DNA of 64,000 nt from Macrostomum lignano (Eukaryota): the NCBI GenBank assembly GCA_002269645.1, contig NIVC01002097.1:62001-126000 (forward strand). The letters are read 5' to 3'. Positions within the stretch are counted from its first letter, which is position 1, and every line of letters starts with the position of its first letter. Positions 9,066-22,300 of the stretch are shown piece after piece. Both the position numbers and the translations under genes were made by a program. Under the pieces are notes generated by a model. That model ran no database searches and had not been told where the DNA came from. It was given only the letters and a program-made list of their open reading frames with translations.

Positions 9066-9361
9066 AGTAGTAGGCAAAACGACGAGTACAGATCAGACCC
9101 TATTTATAATGGCCGTTTGTAAGGTCTTAAGAGGGGGGACACGAGGGGGATGATAAGAAGTGTTGGGGATGATTTTTATTGATTTTTGTTATTAGGGGGT
9201 GTTTAGATGTGTTTTTGTGTTGGAGGGTGTTTAGATGTGTTTTTGTGTTGGAGGGTGTTTAGATGTGTTTTTTTAATTTCCCCTCGTGTCCCCCCTCTAG
9301 ACCCTTAAAACGGTTGTTTAAAAAGTGCTGACCGGCTAGACTCGTCGTTTTGCCTACTACT
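9066..9361. repeat. Maverick terminal region: nested imperfect inverted repeat with a 28-bp x ~2.7 tandem core
   Basis: AGTAGTAGGCAAAACGACGAGT (9066-9087) is the exact reverse complement of 9340-9361. AGAGGGGGGACACGAGGGG (9130-9148) pairs with 9280-9298. The unit GGGTGTTTAGATGTGTTTTTGTGTTGGA starts at 9197, 9225 and 9253. Confidence 0.88.
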
Positions 9362-10094
9362 AACGCGCCAACTAGCCTCTCATAGCGCTGATGATAGACT
9401 AAACCGAACTTCAGAGACCGCATGATTCATTACCCGAGCCGCTGGCTAGCCTAGAGTGGACAAAGTACATCTCTGGCGCCGATTCTGCACTTCTGGCAGT
9501 TTTGCTCACTGATTTGATTGATTGATCGACTGAGAACTGCCTTGCCATTGGTCCACTGTGACCGGCGCCTACTAGCTTAGCTACTCATCTGAGCCATCGG
9601 CGAACAAAGAAACAAAACCGATAAAAATAACTGTTAGATTTAACCTTCTCCTTAGATCACTTGACACTTCAGATTGAATTGGAGTTTAGACTACTAGCAG
9701 TATTATTGAATGACTTCTGCCTCAGTAACAGCACTACTGAACAAAATGAGCAAAAGTGTGCGCCTAATTCAGCTACTGAAACAGGGGACAGATAGGGGAT
9801 CACCCAATCAAGCAAGTCTAGGTAGCCTCTCACCCAACCAATCAGAAACTCAATAGCCGGAGACCAGGAAATCCACAGTGACCGAATCGGCTTGATGCTT
9901 CGCAGCTGTAGACTCGGGATGATGCTGACACCATCTTCGCTGATAGCTAGCAGGTGATGATCTTCGCTTGATGTTCGCTGCTGACGACCGGGGGTTTCGT
10001 CCTTGATGATGATGGGGGGAAGTCGCAATCCGGGGATCAAGAAACGACGGTCGCGCTCTGGGAACCAGAAGTTGCGTGCTGGGCCCGAGCAAGA

Positions 10095-10256
10095 GTATGA
10101 GTCCGAGCGGGCCAAAAACTCCGGTTTAAATAGCCGCCAACTGGACCGCAGTTTGTTATAATGGAACACGTCGATTCTGATTGGCTGAGCCGTTTTGTTA
10201 AAATGAGCGCCGAATTTTCTGATTGGCTAAGCTTGTTGCTACCCAGAATCACGTGA
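10095..10256 (-). promoter_or_regulatory. Candidate Pol II promoter (E-box, twin CCAAT boxes, TATA-like, Inr-like) firing leftward toward the Maverick end
   Basis: TCACGTGA at 10249-10256. Identical TTCTGATTGGCT at 10175-10186 and 10217-10228. TATTTAAA (minus strand) at 10125-10132. TCATAC (minus strand) about 30 nt downstream. Motif spacing is the only evidence. Confidence 0.3.
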
Positions 10257-11193
10257 CCGAGAGATCCTATCAGTTCCCACAGGGTCGTAAAAAGATGACA
10301 GGTGCGGCCATAAATCACTCAAAATCGCAACAAAATGATTTATGACTTTTCGCGTAGGATTGACAGAAATTAATGAAAAAATATACATTAGAAAGCTCTA
10401 ATTAAATAGAAAGTGAAGATAATGAAGAGAAATCGCTAATCGCTAATCCCAGAGTACTTTTAGGGGTAAAACACATAGCTGTCAAAGCTGTCACACGCTT
10501 GAGTGAACACGAACAATAGGCTCTGACCTCATAAATCTTGATGGCCTGTCAAAATGATGAGAAAAAAGCTACCGCCCGCATCCTCTCAGACCATCTGGCG
10601 CCCACCTCAACACTGAGTGAGGCGCAGGTGGCTGTCAGAACAGCTTCGAAAGCGATGATTTATGACCCAAAAAGCAATGCCTATGTTATTATGACTACTA
10701 GTATGGCCAGACATTATATCTAGTATAGATTCTATGACTATTCGCAGAAAAAGGATAAAAATGCTCCTTGCCCACTGTTAGTAGGCAAGTAAGTTTAGAG
10801 CCCATGTGCTAGCGCGGGATTTGGGAAAAAGTGCGTCCTCATCAAAATTATAGTATTATTATTTTACTAATATTACTACTAATATCGCTTATTATTCACC
10901 GTATCGTATATTTCATAGTGAAAAAAACTAAATTCGATACAAACTTGAAGCTTTACAGAGAACTAACTAACTTTGAAATGTCTTCAGTTATAGCCAAATT
11001 TGTTATAATGTGTAGCGGTTCGGGGCGGCGCGGGGCGTGTTTTAGGGAGACCAGAAAAAGTTACGAACATATTTAATAGCTAAGGATCTTAACTAAAGTT
11101 AAAATAAATAAACTTGATTCGAATTACAGAATTGTCAAACCGTTACAGAACTAATTCGAGCTGCTGTACTTGTTCACTCAAAAAAGTTTGACC

Positions 11194-11376
11194 AATAACA
11201 ACAACAACAACAACAAAATACGCTGTCAGGATGGCAAAAGTCAGCGTCACAGGGCGCGCTTCATGGCTTGGGCGCGAACAAAGGCCGCGCCACCGGCAGT
11301 ATCCGGGGCGCCGGCGTCAGCCAGCAGACAGTCGACGTAAAGCCGAGTTTGCGCTTGACCTTCAAGTCAAACTTGA
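11194..11376 (-). mobile_element. 5'-truncated RTE-like LINE 3' tip with (TTG)n tail and 14-bp TSD
   Basis: AAAAAAGTTTGACC is duplicated at 11180-11193 and 11377-11390. The minus strand encodes TRLYVDCLLADAG...AAFVRAQAMKRAL*, homologous to TRRFVDCLLADAG...AYVRAH* at 50699-50770. Tail at 11194-11217. Confidence 0.65.
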
Positions 11377-14300
11377 AAAAAAGTTTGACCGCTACCGCTA
11401 GTTAAGTTAGTTTGAGCTAGAGCTTTGGGCCCCTAATTGAAGATTTTCCAGCCGGAGATTTCCCGCTGGGATATCATAAATTATGATCATAATGATGCCC
11501 ATGCCAGCTTCAGAGATGGATGGGTCCGTGCAGTCAGCGCTACAGATATTGTGCTACTTGCAGTACTGCCGTTTATGTAGCTGTATGGTGCGCGTTGGTA
11601 GATATTCTGATGGAAATTTTTTCTCTTTCTTTTATTTCGAAAATTCACGCGAGATTATGAACGAAGAAAACTCGGTACACTCGGCATATTGGTTCAAATT
11701 TCGCAATATACATATTGTACACACAACCGGCCGTTACCTGTGGGCAGCTAACGTCAGATGCAGAGACTGTTCTAGGTTTATCAAAAGGCTCAACTCAAAA
11801 GAGCACTCTTTCACACTCATGAAATTTATATAGCTATTGAAGCCAAGGTAAGCTTTCTATATACAATAGAAAGTCGATCACGTCAGTATATAGGAATCAA
11901 ACCACCGGCTTATTTATATATGCATGTATATGTGCATGTAGCTATTTTTGGTTGGTTGGAGTGAGGTTCCTTTTTAGTCGCTCAACAAAACGTACATATC
12001 ACATTTAGAAAAAAATGCATGTATAAGTTGTTAGAATGTACTTTTGCTACGAAGCTACACAAGCAGTTATTTACATGTACTACGCTCGTACATTACACGT
12101 GGCGATAAGGAATGCTCTTGTGAAGTCTTAATTACATGCTGCTTTTCTGTTCTTGATCATTTTTAAGTCATTTATAGTCATTAGCAGTCTCGCTCTACTT
12201 TGAAACGAAAAGATGCTATAAAAATATATAGAAGTAAATAATTTTTAATCGAAATCGGAGCTATTTTGGACACTTTCATCGACATGATGCTCATGGAAAT
12301 CAGGAAATATGTTGCGGTCACACTTCAGTTCGAGTGTGTCGCAGAAGGCCATTGGCCATATACGAGTATATTGGCTTGTCCCAGTGACTCCGATCTTAAA
12401 CGTGCAGTGCTGCAATAGGCGCTATGCACGTATAAATTAGATTTAAGCTTAACATGCATGTTAAATCGCTCCTTGCACACCGATATAAACATAATGTACT
12501 GAATCGGTAGTGGCGTACATGTAGGCAGACATGCAGGGCCGGGGGGGGGGGCTGGGGACCATGATCGAAACAAATTGCGCTCCTTAGAAACACCTCTATT
12601 TAAAACTCTAAAAAGCTTCACTATTAAAAGGAAAGAAGCAAAAAATCTGGGCAAATGGCAGGGAGCTCAATTTCTGCCACAGGGGAGACAGGGGCGCCTG
12701 CACTAGGAGACAGGCCGGGGCGCCTGCACAAGGAGACAGGAGTGCCTGCACTAGGAGACAAGGACGCTCACCAAGGCACAAATATTGACGCCCAAAAAGG
12801 TTTGGTCACCTGAAATAAAAATTCCTTTATAAGCAACTGCTAATCGATAAAACTGATTACATAAATCGGAATGTGCATGAGCATGAGCACTGATCATCAC
12901 AAAAATTATAAATAAGATGCACCAAAACTTTACAGCGCTGCTTACCCGCCATTGTAGAGAAATTAGTTTTCTAACAAGAGACGAAATGAAATATCGCGGC
13001 CACTAGTCTGCTTGCCCGTCTTTTAGCCTCTACACTGCACTGCGAATACGCTCGTATAAACGTTTGTGATTTGAAACTGCTGAATTTAAGCACAACAACG
13101 CATGCATATGACAGTTGTCAAATGCATTCTCAACTTTTGCCACATGCACTGCATTTTTGTTTATGACGTACATTTAATTTTAACACTAATTTCGCGGATG
13201 GATACAGGCATTGGTCCCGGATGGCAACCGTTCTGCAGTACGTCCGTATACACAGTGTAGGCACACAGTGCGCATGTATACAGCTAGCCACAGTTTTAGA
13301 ACAAGGCTGAACTTTCGCAGCTGAGAGCGATGAAAAAGTGGGGAGTAGCGCTAAGTTCATTGTAGCTTGTACAGTTACTAAGCAAAGTCGTAGACGGTGT
13401 TGAAAAGTAAGTTTTTTGCATCTTTTCCAGAAACTTCACGGCAAATATATACGTACGTGTACCCTTTGAAATGCTAAACCAAGTTAAATCTGTACACTCG
13501 TGCAGGTTGGCCCATTATTCTTCTGATTTTTGTTTGTCATCAGCTTAACCATTGCGCTTTTCAGGTCTAAAAGCTTACACTGTACATTTAGTTTAATCTG
13601 TCTGATCTGTACTTCTCTTCTGCGCAGCTTCTCTACTGAGGCGATCTCTGAATAGTCCGATACTCGACCGAGCACGACACTTTTTGCAATTGCAGGTAAT
13701 CCCGTGCTGCCGTCCCCTGCCCCTCTCCCCTCCTGCGTAGAGCCCTCCTTTTTTAGGCTCAGCCAGTTCGATGCCCCTTTTGTCGCTAAAGCAGGGAAAA
13801 CACTGAGCACTTTATCTGCCACTGCCCGCGGTCTTCATCAGGGGCCCGGCTCGCTTACCTTCATGGGTCAAACCCGGTTTCTCTCCGACATTTTGCAGGC
13901 CCGAGAGGATACCGATGCTCGCCTGCTAGGTACCTAATTAAATAATACCCCTGTAAATTCGATTGGAAGTGGTCGTTGCCCCTTGCAGTAAAGTCAAAGC
14001 CATGCCCAGCAGCCTTACTGTACCATGCAGCACCAGCCTGATTTAGGACTTTTACCGACGTGTACAAAATAAATAAACTGTGTAAAAACATAAATCGAAT
14101 AATTGTTTGCGGCGACGAACACTGCTTGAATTTGGTTCAGCTGAAATTTAATATTTTGTGTACCGTATTATAACCAGGTATCCTTTCAGCTAAATTTACA
14201 TATTTAAAAAGTTCATCTAAATTAAAAGAGCAGGTTTGTGCGCGCACAGAAATGTACGCAGTACATACACATGTACGATCGGGGTAACGCATCAGAGGCG

Positions 14301-15168
14301 TCGCCATGGATTTACATGTATGGGGGGGACAAAGCCAAGAATTCTACATGTACATTATTTTGAGAATCGGTTGTTGTCAGCAATCATTTTGGCGCCGCTG
14401 CAGGCGGGCACTCACTTTGGCCGCTGCAGTCCCAATCCGCCCCCTTCTCGACAAATTTCTGGTTGCGCTGCTGGCTGCAGGCACTCATTTTGGCACCAGA
14501 TTCGCATTTTTTCCGATTTCAGTCGATCTTGTTTAGAATCCGTTCCAGAACCTTAACTCGTTCTGAAGGCTGCATGGGATGCGGAGCAAACGAGCAAGTT
14601 ACGCTCGACAGAAAATATCCTATACATGTATGTGCCTAGAGAATACAGAGTTTTCTTTGAGTTATATTTGTTAAGTTTAATATTTTCGGCAGACAACCTT
14701 CTCGAGATAGAAAGACTGCTATACTAAGCTACTAGCACAGTTGTAACTAATGTAAACGACTCGCTGTGCGGTAATAAAATATAAACGAAATTATGAATTC
14801 CGCGTTTACAGGAAATAAATGCAAGCCGGGCGTGGTCACGATTGTTCACTTGGATCATTAGACTTTTATATTTAATTCCACTATTGTGGCCACCTAGCCT
14901 TGTTGTCACGCTGTCATATAGTGCTGGAGTCAACAAAGGCGTTTCTCCCGTCTATTTTCGCATTTTGCGATCTTTCTTCCAAAATTTTGATAAGTTTTTG
15001 GTGCAAATTAGAATCGAACAATATTGCCAGGCATTGGGGTTGGAGAAGGTCGAGCAACAGTTGGATAGACAGCTTACAGTGTAACTAAACACAATAAGGT
15101 TTATTAAATTAAGATATTTTACACGAACTTATCATAGATTCTATATAGTTGCTTAATATTATTAGAAA

Positions 15169-18100
15169 ATGAATGATGCACCAGAAGATTCACCAATTCC
15201 ATTGACACATGAGTTTGCTGGATTTATTCACACAAACAAATATACAGATGTGATCGAATCCATTGGTTGGGAGCTAAATGATCAAGTAAGTATTACCTGT
15301 AAGTAGTAACTAATAGTGACTTTCTATAAATCAAGCTAAATATGATATATTTGATTTCTTTGTTTGATAAAAAATAATTAGTAAGAAAAAGATCCTGATG
15401 GCCAATTATTTAATAGGGCCTATTTTGATTCTTTTTAATTACTACTTGAAGAAGGTTCCTTAATTCTACCAATGTCCTTTACATGCTATATACAGATGTT
15501 TGTAAAATAGTACTTGGTAGTAATATTACTTGAATAAGAATTTAGGGGCCTAGGCTTATTTATGCTATATAAATATATATTATTACTATATAGTTATTGT
15601 ACCTTATCCCACTAGCACTAGCTAAATTATTTTATAGTATTCAATTCAATATTTAATAATAATATACCCAAGTACTATATAAACAACTCATTTCTAATAT
15701 ATAAGATTGTAAGTTGGTCTAAAATTAGTTATTTTATATCATAAAACTTACTATTTTTAAACAAACATATAACAGCATTTTGTAGCTTATTTTCAAAAGT
15801 AGTATTCAGAATTTTTTTTTATCATTTAAATCATAGACCCTAATAAATCTTTAAAAAATAGGCCTAAAAATATAAGTTTTTTTGCATGGGTATTTAGTAT
15901 AGGGGATACTTTATAATATATTTAATATATCTTTATATATTCAATTATATATCCAAAAGTAGACTTTAAAATTAGTTTCTAGGTCTTTTCATTTCAATTC
16001 AAATTAACCATATATAGCATTAGATATCTCTTAGTTATACTATTATTATTTTTATAAGCCTTAACCTATTAATATGTTTTTAGTTTGCCATTTGTTAAAT
16101 TTATATTAAATTCCTATGCCAATGGATATAAATAATATAACATTAGGTTAAATATATTAAAATGCCTTGACTTAAAATATGTCCAAATTTTTACCTTTTA
16201 CAAAACTCACAAGTTTTAACAATTATATTGGTCCCACATTGTACTTGGTTATGACTTTCTAAACCTATTCATTGAATATTTATTTATGCCAACTTTTAGC
16301 AAAAACTGGAACTGCTTCAAAAGCTGCAACAGCTGCATCCAGATGGCCTCAACTTTGAACAGTTAAATGAAGAAATTGATCACTTCAGTAATAGCATTGG
16401 TGAGTCTTGTCAAGTTAAAAACCATTTTATTAGTTAATGAGCCTCATTTCATTGGCTTCTTGAATTATTGCTTCAGAAGAGCAAGCAGACTTGGATTTGG
16501 CACCAGAGGCAGACGATATTTCGGTGAGTGAATCTGCTGGCAAAACTCAGATTAACATTTATTCTTCAAGTGGCATTATTAATGCCCAAATTTTCCTGCA
16601 GCCGAAGACAGCCTCCTCTAACCGCCAGTCGCCAATTGAGAACTTGGAAATTGTTTCAGCGGACGAGCTGGCTGACAGTAATGAGCGTCAGGCCACCGAG
16701 CCGCTACCTGCGTGAGTGATTTATTGCCTTTGTGCACTTCATATAGTGAGCTAATGAGGATGTCCAGCAGTTGAGGCTTGCCCACTGTTGAGGCTTGATC
16801 ACCGGAACTCGAGAAATTCGCAACGGGGTGTTCACATGGTCACCTGGTGCCACCTGTTGAAGGTCCAAAAGCTCCAGAAGCTGATGCAGACACCTGTGGT
16901 CGACGTGCTGATGAAATTTGAAGGCTTGGCAAGGCTGCACTGAGGCGCAGTGCTGATTGGCGCACATGGGTGCATTGAATACGCTGGCGCTTATGGAAAA
17001 AAATCCGACCTTCTGGCAGTATCGTCGACTATCTCGACGGTCTAGAGGGCAAAAAAATTGTCAGGGGAGGCCTTTGTAGTTCAACGGGCTGAAAAATGAC
17101 TTATAAAATTCCTACTGTTAATGTGCCATATTTATGTATATGGCATTGTTAGGAGAAGTTTATGGCCAGTAAAATTAGCAATATTCTGCCATAAAACTGT
17201 GAATTATCCGCATTACCATCGGCCCGACAGTCACCGTTCTGGCGAGCAGCGCTTCGAAGACTGGGGCGGCTCCCAGATGCTCATTGACTTGTCCACGCCG
17301 CCCCCGAGCCGGCTTCCAGCGCTGGCAGCGCCGCGACAGCCAACGGGAAGCCTCCGCTGCCACCTGTGACTGGAAAGTGAGTATAGTTTAGCTTTGACGT
17401 TTTATGATCTTGTTTTAAGTAAAGTACGCTTTATTGCATTTCGAAATTCCTGATTCCAACACCATGGAAATCTCAGAGATCCAGTTCCAAATCCCGGAGA
17501 TCCCAGTTCCAAATCCCAGAGATCCCAGTTCCAAATCCCGGAGATCCCAGTTCCAAATCCCAGAGATCCCAGTTCCAAATCCCGGAGATCCCAGTTCCAA
17601 CTCCCCAAGATCCCAATTCGAAATCCCGGAGATCCCAGTTTCAAATCCCGGAGATCCCAGCTCAAGATCCCGGAGATCCCAGTTCCGAATCCCGTAGATC
17701 CCAGCTCAAGATCCCGGAGATCCCAGTTCCAAATCCCAGATATCCCAGTTCCAAATCCCGGAGATCCCAGTTCCAAATCCCAGAGATCCTAGTTCCAAAT
17801 CCCAGAGATCCAGTTCCAAATCCCGGAGATCCCGGTTCCAAATCCCGCAGACGCAGATCCCAGTTCCAAATCCCGGAGATCCCAGCTCAAGATCCCGGAG
17901 ATCCCAGTTACAAATTCTCTCACTGTCATCCCTGTGCAGTCTGCAGCGCGGCACGGAAGTTCGAATCACCTGGCCGAGGCATCGCTCGCGGTGAGTCAAG
18001 CAGCCGTAACAATTCGTATTTATTGTATTGAATATCAATGACTTTGCGTCTGTCGCCATTGTTTATGTGTCATGCTATGAGTAGTGCTCAGTGATTTAAA

Positions 18101-19087
18101 ATAAAGTTTATTCCCACAGGCCTGCCAGTCTGGGCATCTCGGGTGGCGAGGCGTCCCCAACGCAGGGCCAGAGCCCGTCAAGGTCACCCAGATCCTCCGC
18201 CAGATGGTGAGTTCAGCCGCGAGGTCTTCCTGCCTAGTGTGTGGTGTCGCTTTAAATCCTAATGTACTTTTGATATCAAATGGCTTCATCCCCATCCTCA
18301 GCTTCATCCCATCCTTACTCAGCTTCGTCCCCATCCTCAGCTTCATCCCCATCCTCAGCTTCATCCCCATCCTCAGCTTCATCCCCATCCTCAGCTTCAT
18401 CCCCATCCTTACTCAGCTTCACCCCCATCCTTACTCAGCTTCATCCCCATCCTCAGCTTCATCCCATCCTTACTCAGCTTCATCCCCATCCTTACTCAGC
18501 TTCATCCCCATCCTCAGCTTCATCCCCATCCTTACTCAGCTTCATTCCCATCCTCGGCTTCATCCCCATCCTTACTCAGCTTCATCCCCATCCTCAGCTT
18601 CATCTTAAACCTATCCCCCTCCCATCGTTATCGCGAACTGGCAGCTCGCCGAACCGCAGGATGCAGCGTCGGCTGTCGGCGGTGCAGCTCGCCCAGCAGC
18701 TGTTCAGCAGCTCCAGCGGCCGCTCGAGTCCGCGCAACGCGAGCGTCGGCGGCAGCGGCGGTGGCGGCGGCAGCGGCATGAGCGAGGCGGACCTGGCCGC
18801 TATTGAGATGGCAGCCCAGTTCAACGATCACATGACCGACCAGCTGCGGGTGCTCACTGACCAGGTGACCAAGCTGACCAGCACCCAGACTCAGTCGGAC
18901 TCGCGCCAGTCCGCCTGATGGAGGACAATCAGCAGCTGCGGGAGCGCCTGCTGCGTCTGGAGGACGAATACCGGGAGGCCGAGGCCCGCTTCAGCCGGGA
19001 CAGGGAGGCCGACAAGGCCAGAGCCAGGGAGAAGCTGGCCAAGCTCACCAGGGAGAAGGACGAGGAGATCGAATCGCTGATGGACAG

Positions 19088-19163
<76 letters not shown>

Positions 19164-19200
19164 TTCTGTCTGTCTGTCTGTCTGTCTGTCTGTGTGTCTT

Positions 19201-19259
<59 letters not shown>

Positions 19260-19294
19260 GTCTATCTGTCTATCTGTCTGTCTGTGTGTCTGTG

Positions 19295-19357
<63 letters not shown>

Positions 19358-22300
19358 GCCTTAGTGTCTGTCTGTCTGTCTGTCTGCCTCTGTTTTTATT
19401 GCCATCTATACGATAGAAGCCATACCAGCCCACTCCAGCCTCAGTTTTTGGTTGTTAGCTGAGCTCAAAACGCTGATTAGGTGTGCTAAAATATTACAAT
19501 ACCTTGATTCGCGATGCCTCTGCCCTCCTGTGCTGCCACACCCAGCTGCTCTGTCGGTCCTCACGGATTCCTCAGTGCTATTCTGTGCCACACCCGTTAA
19601 TTTTGGGCGGCAGGGGTCTTCGGCGCCTCCTTCTACCTGCCTGACTTAACCCTTGATTCAGTTGGCTTTATCTGTCCCAGATTCGTCTTTTTATTTTCTG
19701 TTCATGGGACAAAGCAGGTTAAGAGATCATTTTATTAATCAGATTTTTCCGCAAGTACTTGCTAGCTACTGTAAGTAGAACAGATCCAACCAATAATACA
19801 ATATTTCCCCATTTCCCATAGAAATCGCGCTCAGCCTCATCTGCACATAAGAATCGCCCCCAGCCTCATCTGCACATAAGAATCGCCCTCCATCCTCATC
19901 TGCACATAAGAATCGCCCCCAGCCTCATCTGCACATAAGAATCGCCCCCAGCCTCATCTGCACATAAGAATCGCCCCAGCCTCATCTGCACATAAGAATC
20001 GCCCCCAGCCTCATCTGCACATAAGAATCGCCCCCAGCCTCATCTGCACAAAAGAAAATCTCCTGAGGCTATTAATAAACGAGTCGCAGGATGTTGTCCA
20101 AGCCTGCCATATCCGCAATTATTTCAGTTTCCTCCGCTTGTGTTTACATCAAGCCTTAAAGCTGAGCAAGACAAGTGTCGGCTGTTTTTTCAAACTAAAC
20201 AGTTTCAGTCTGTTTTTGCGTCTTCTTCTACTGCCCTTTCCTTTGCTGAATTCCTGCTGGCTTTCTTTTTTCATTTTGTCAACCCGACTCTCCGTTTTGG
20301 CCTCTTCCCCTAACCATTCTCAGCGCTGTGCCTGGATAGAGTAGCCGCATGCCCCTTTGTGTTAGCAACTTGCCTTCTCAAATTTCTTTGAGAAAGCGGC
20401 ATGGCTGGTGCATGTAATTGCTATCTCGAATCGACTCCGTAAATCTCCCATTCCCCAGCCCATAATCCATCTCCCATTCCCCAGCCCATAATCCCATCTC
20501 CCATTCCCCAGCCCATAATCCCACCTTCCATTCCCCAGCTCAATCCCATCTCCCATTCCCCAGCCCATAATCCCATCTCCCATTCCCCAGCCCATAATCC
20601 TATCTCCCATTCCCCAGCTCAATCCCACCTCCCATTCCCCAGCCCATAATCCCATCTCCCATTCCCCAGCCCATAATCCCATCTCCCATTCCCCAGCCCA
20701 TAATCCCATCTCCCATTCCCCAGCCCATAATCCCATCTCCCATTCCCCAGCCCATAATCCCACCTTCCATTCCCCAGCTCAATCCCATCTCCCATTCCCC
20801 AGCTCAATCCCATCTCCCATTCCCCAGCTCAATCCCATCTCCCATTCCCCAGCTCAATCCCACCTCCCATTCCCCAGCCCATAATCCCATCTCCCATTCC
20901 CCAGCCCATAATCCCACCTTCCATTCCCCAGCTCAATCCCATCTCCCATTCCCCAGCTCAATCCCACCTCCCATTCCCCAGCCCATAATCCCATCTCCCA
21001 TTCCCCAGCTCATAATCCCACCTTCCATTCCCCAGCTCAATCCCATCTCCCATTCCCCAGCCCATAATCCCATCTTCCCATTCCCCAGCTCAATCCATCT
21101 CCCATTCCCCAGCCATAATCCCATCTCCCATTCCCCAGCCCATATCCCATCTCCCATTCCCCAGCCCATAATCCCATCTCCCATTCCCCAGCCCATAATC
21201 CCATTCCCCATTCCCCAGCATCAATCCCATCTCCCATTCCCCAGCCCATAATCCCATCTCCCATTCCCCAGCTCATAATCCCACCTTCCCATTCCCCAGC
21301 TCAATCCCATCTCCCAGTCCCCAGCCCAAATCCCATCTCCCATTCCCCACAGCTCAATCCCATCTCCCATTCCCCAGCCTCAATCCCATCCCCATTCCCC
21401 AGCTCAATCCCATCTCCCATTCCCCAGCCCATAATCCCATCTCCCATTCCCCAGCTCAATCCCATCTCCATTCCCAGCTCAATCCCATCTCCATAATCCC
21501 CAGCTCAATCCCATCTCATTCCCCAGCTCAATCCCTCTCCCATTCCCCAGCCCTCAATCCCATCTCCCATTCCCCAGCTCAATCCCATCTCCCATTCCCC
21601 AGCTCAATCCCATCTCCCACTCCCCAGCTCTAATCCCATCTCCCATTCCCCAGCTCAATCCCATCTCCATTCCCCAGCTCAATCCATCTCCCATTCCCAG
21701 CTCAATCCCATCTCCCATTCCCCAGCCTCAATCCCATCTCCATTCCCCAGCTCAATCCCATCTCCATTCCCCAGCTCAATCCCATCTCCCATTCCCCAGC
21801 TCAATCCCATCTCCCATTCCCCAGCTCAATCCCATCTCCCATCCCAGCTCAATCCCATCTCCCATTCCCCAGCTCAATCCCATCTCCCATTCCCCAGCTC
21901 AATCCCATCTCCCATTCCCAGCTCAATCCCATCTCCCATTCCCCAGCTCAATCCCATCTCCCATTCCCCAGCTCAATCCCATCTCCCATTCCCCAGCTCA
22001 ATCCCATCTCCCATTCCCCAGCTCAATCCCATCTCCCATTCCCCAGCTCAATCCCATCTCCCATTCCCCAGCTCAATCCCATCTCCCATTCCCCAGCTCA
22101 ATCCCATCTCCCATTCCCCAGCTCAATCCCATCTCCCATTCCCCAGCTCAATCCCATCTCCCATTCCCCAGCTCAATCCCATCTCCCATTCCCCAGCTCA
22201 ATCCCATCTCCCATTCCCCAGCTCAATCCCATCTCCCATTCCCCAGCTCAATCCCATCTCCCATTCCCCAGCTCAATCCCATCTCCCATTCCCCAGCTCA

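Larger units (their letters stand above)
1..9361. mobile_element. Maverick/Polinton (adintovirus-like) endogenous DNA virus/transposon, right arm; left part lies outside the window
   Basis: Dense, intronless, AT-rich ORF cluster around a protein-primed family B polymerase. It ends in ...TTTTGCCTACTACT (9361), the reverse complement of the Maverick-type 5'-AGTAGTAG terminus, with an abrupt change of composition afterwards. Integrase, ATPase, protease and capsid genes are not in the window. Confidence 0.92.

Noticed and set aside
1-9361. Bacterial/phage contamination or a free virus contig
   Set aside because: A Maverick-type terminus joins directly to host-like DNA, and a GC-rich MITE with TSD sits inside; the PolB motifs are of the eukaryotic Polinton type.
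11430-14100. Possible decayed hAT/Zn-finger transposase fragments
   Set aside because: Only vague Cys/His patterns; no catalytic motif, TIR pair or TSD that I could verify.
14842-15088. Possible extra upstream Rab11-FIP exon (RIEQYCQALGLEKVEQQLDRQLT)
   Set aside because: No convincing splice pair or homology; left out of the model.
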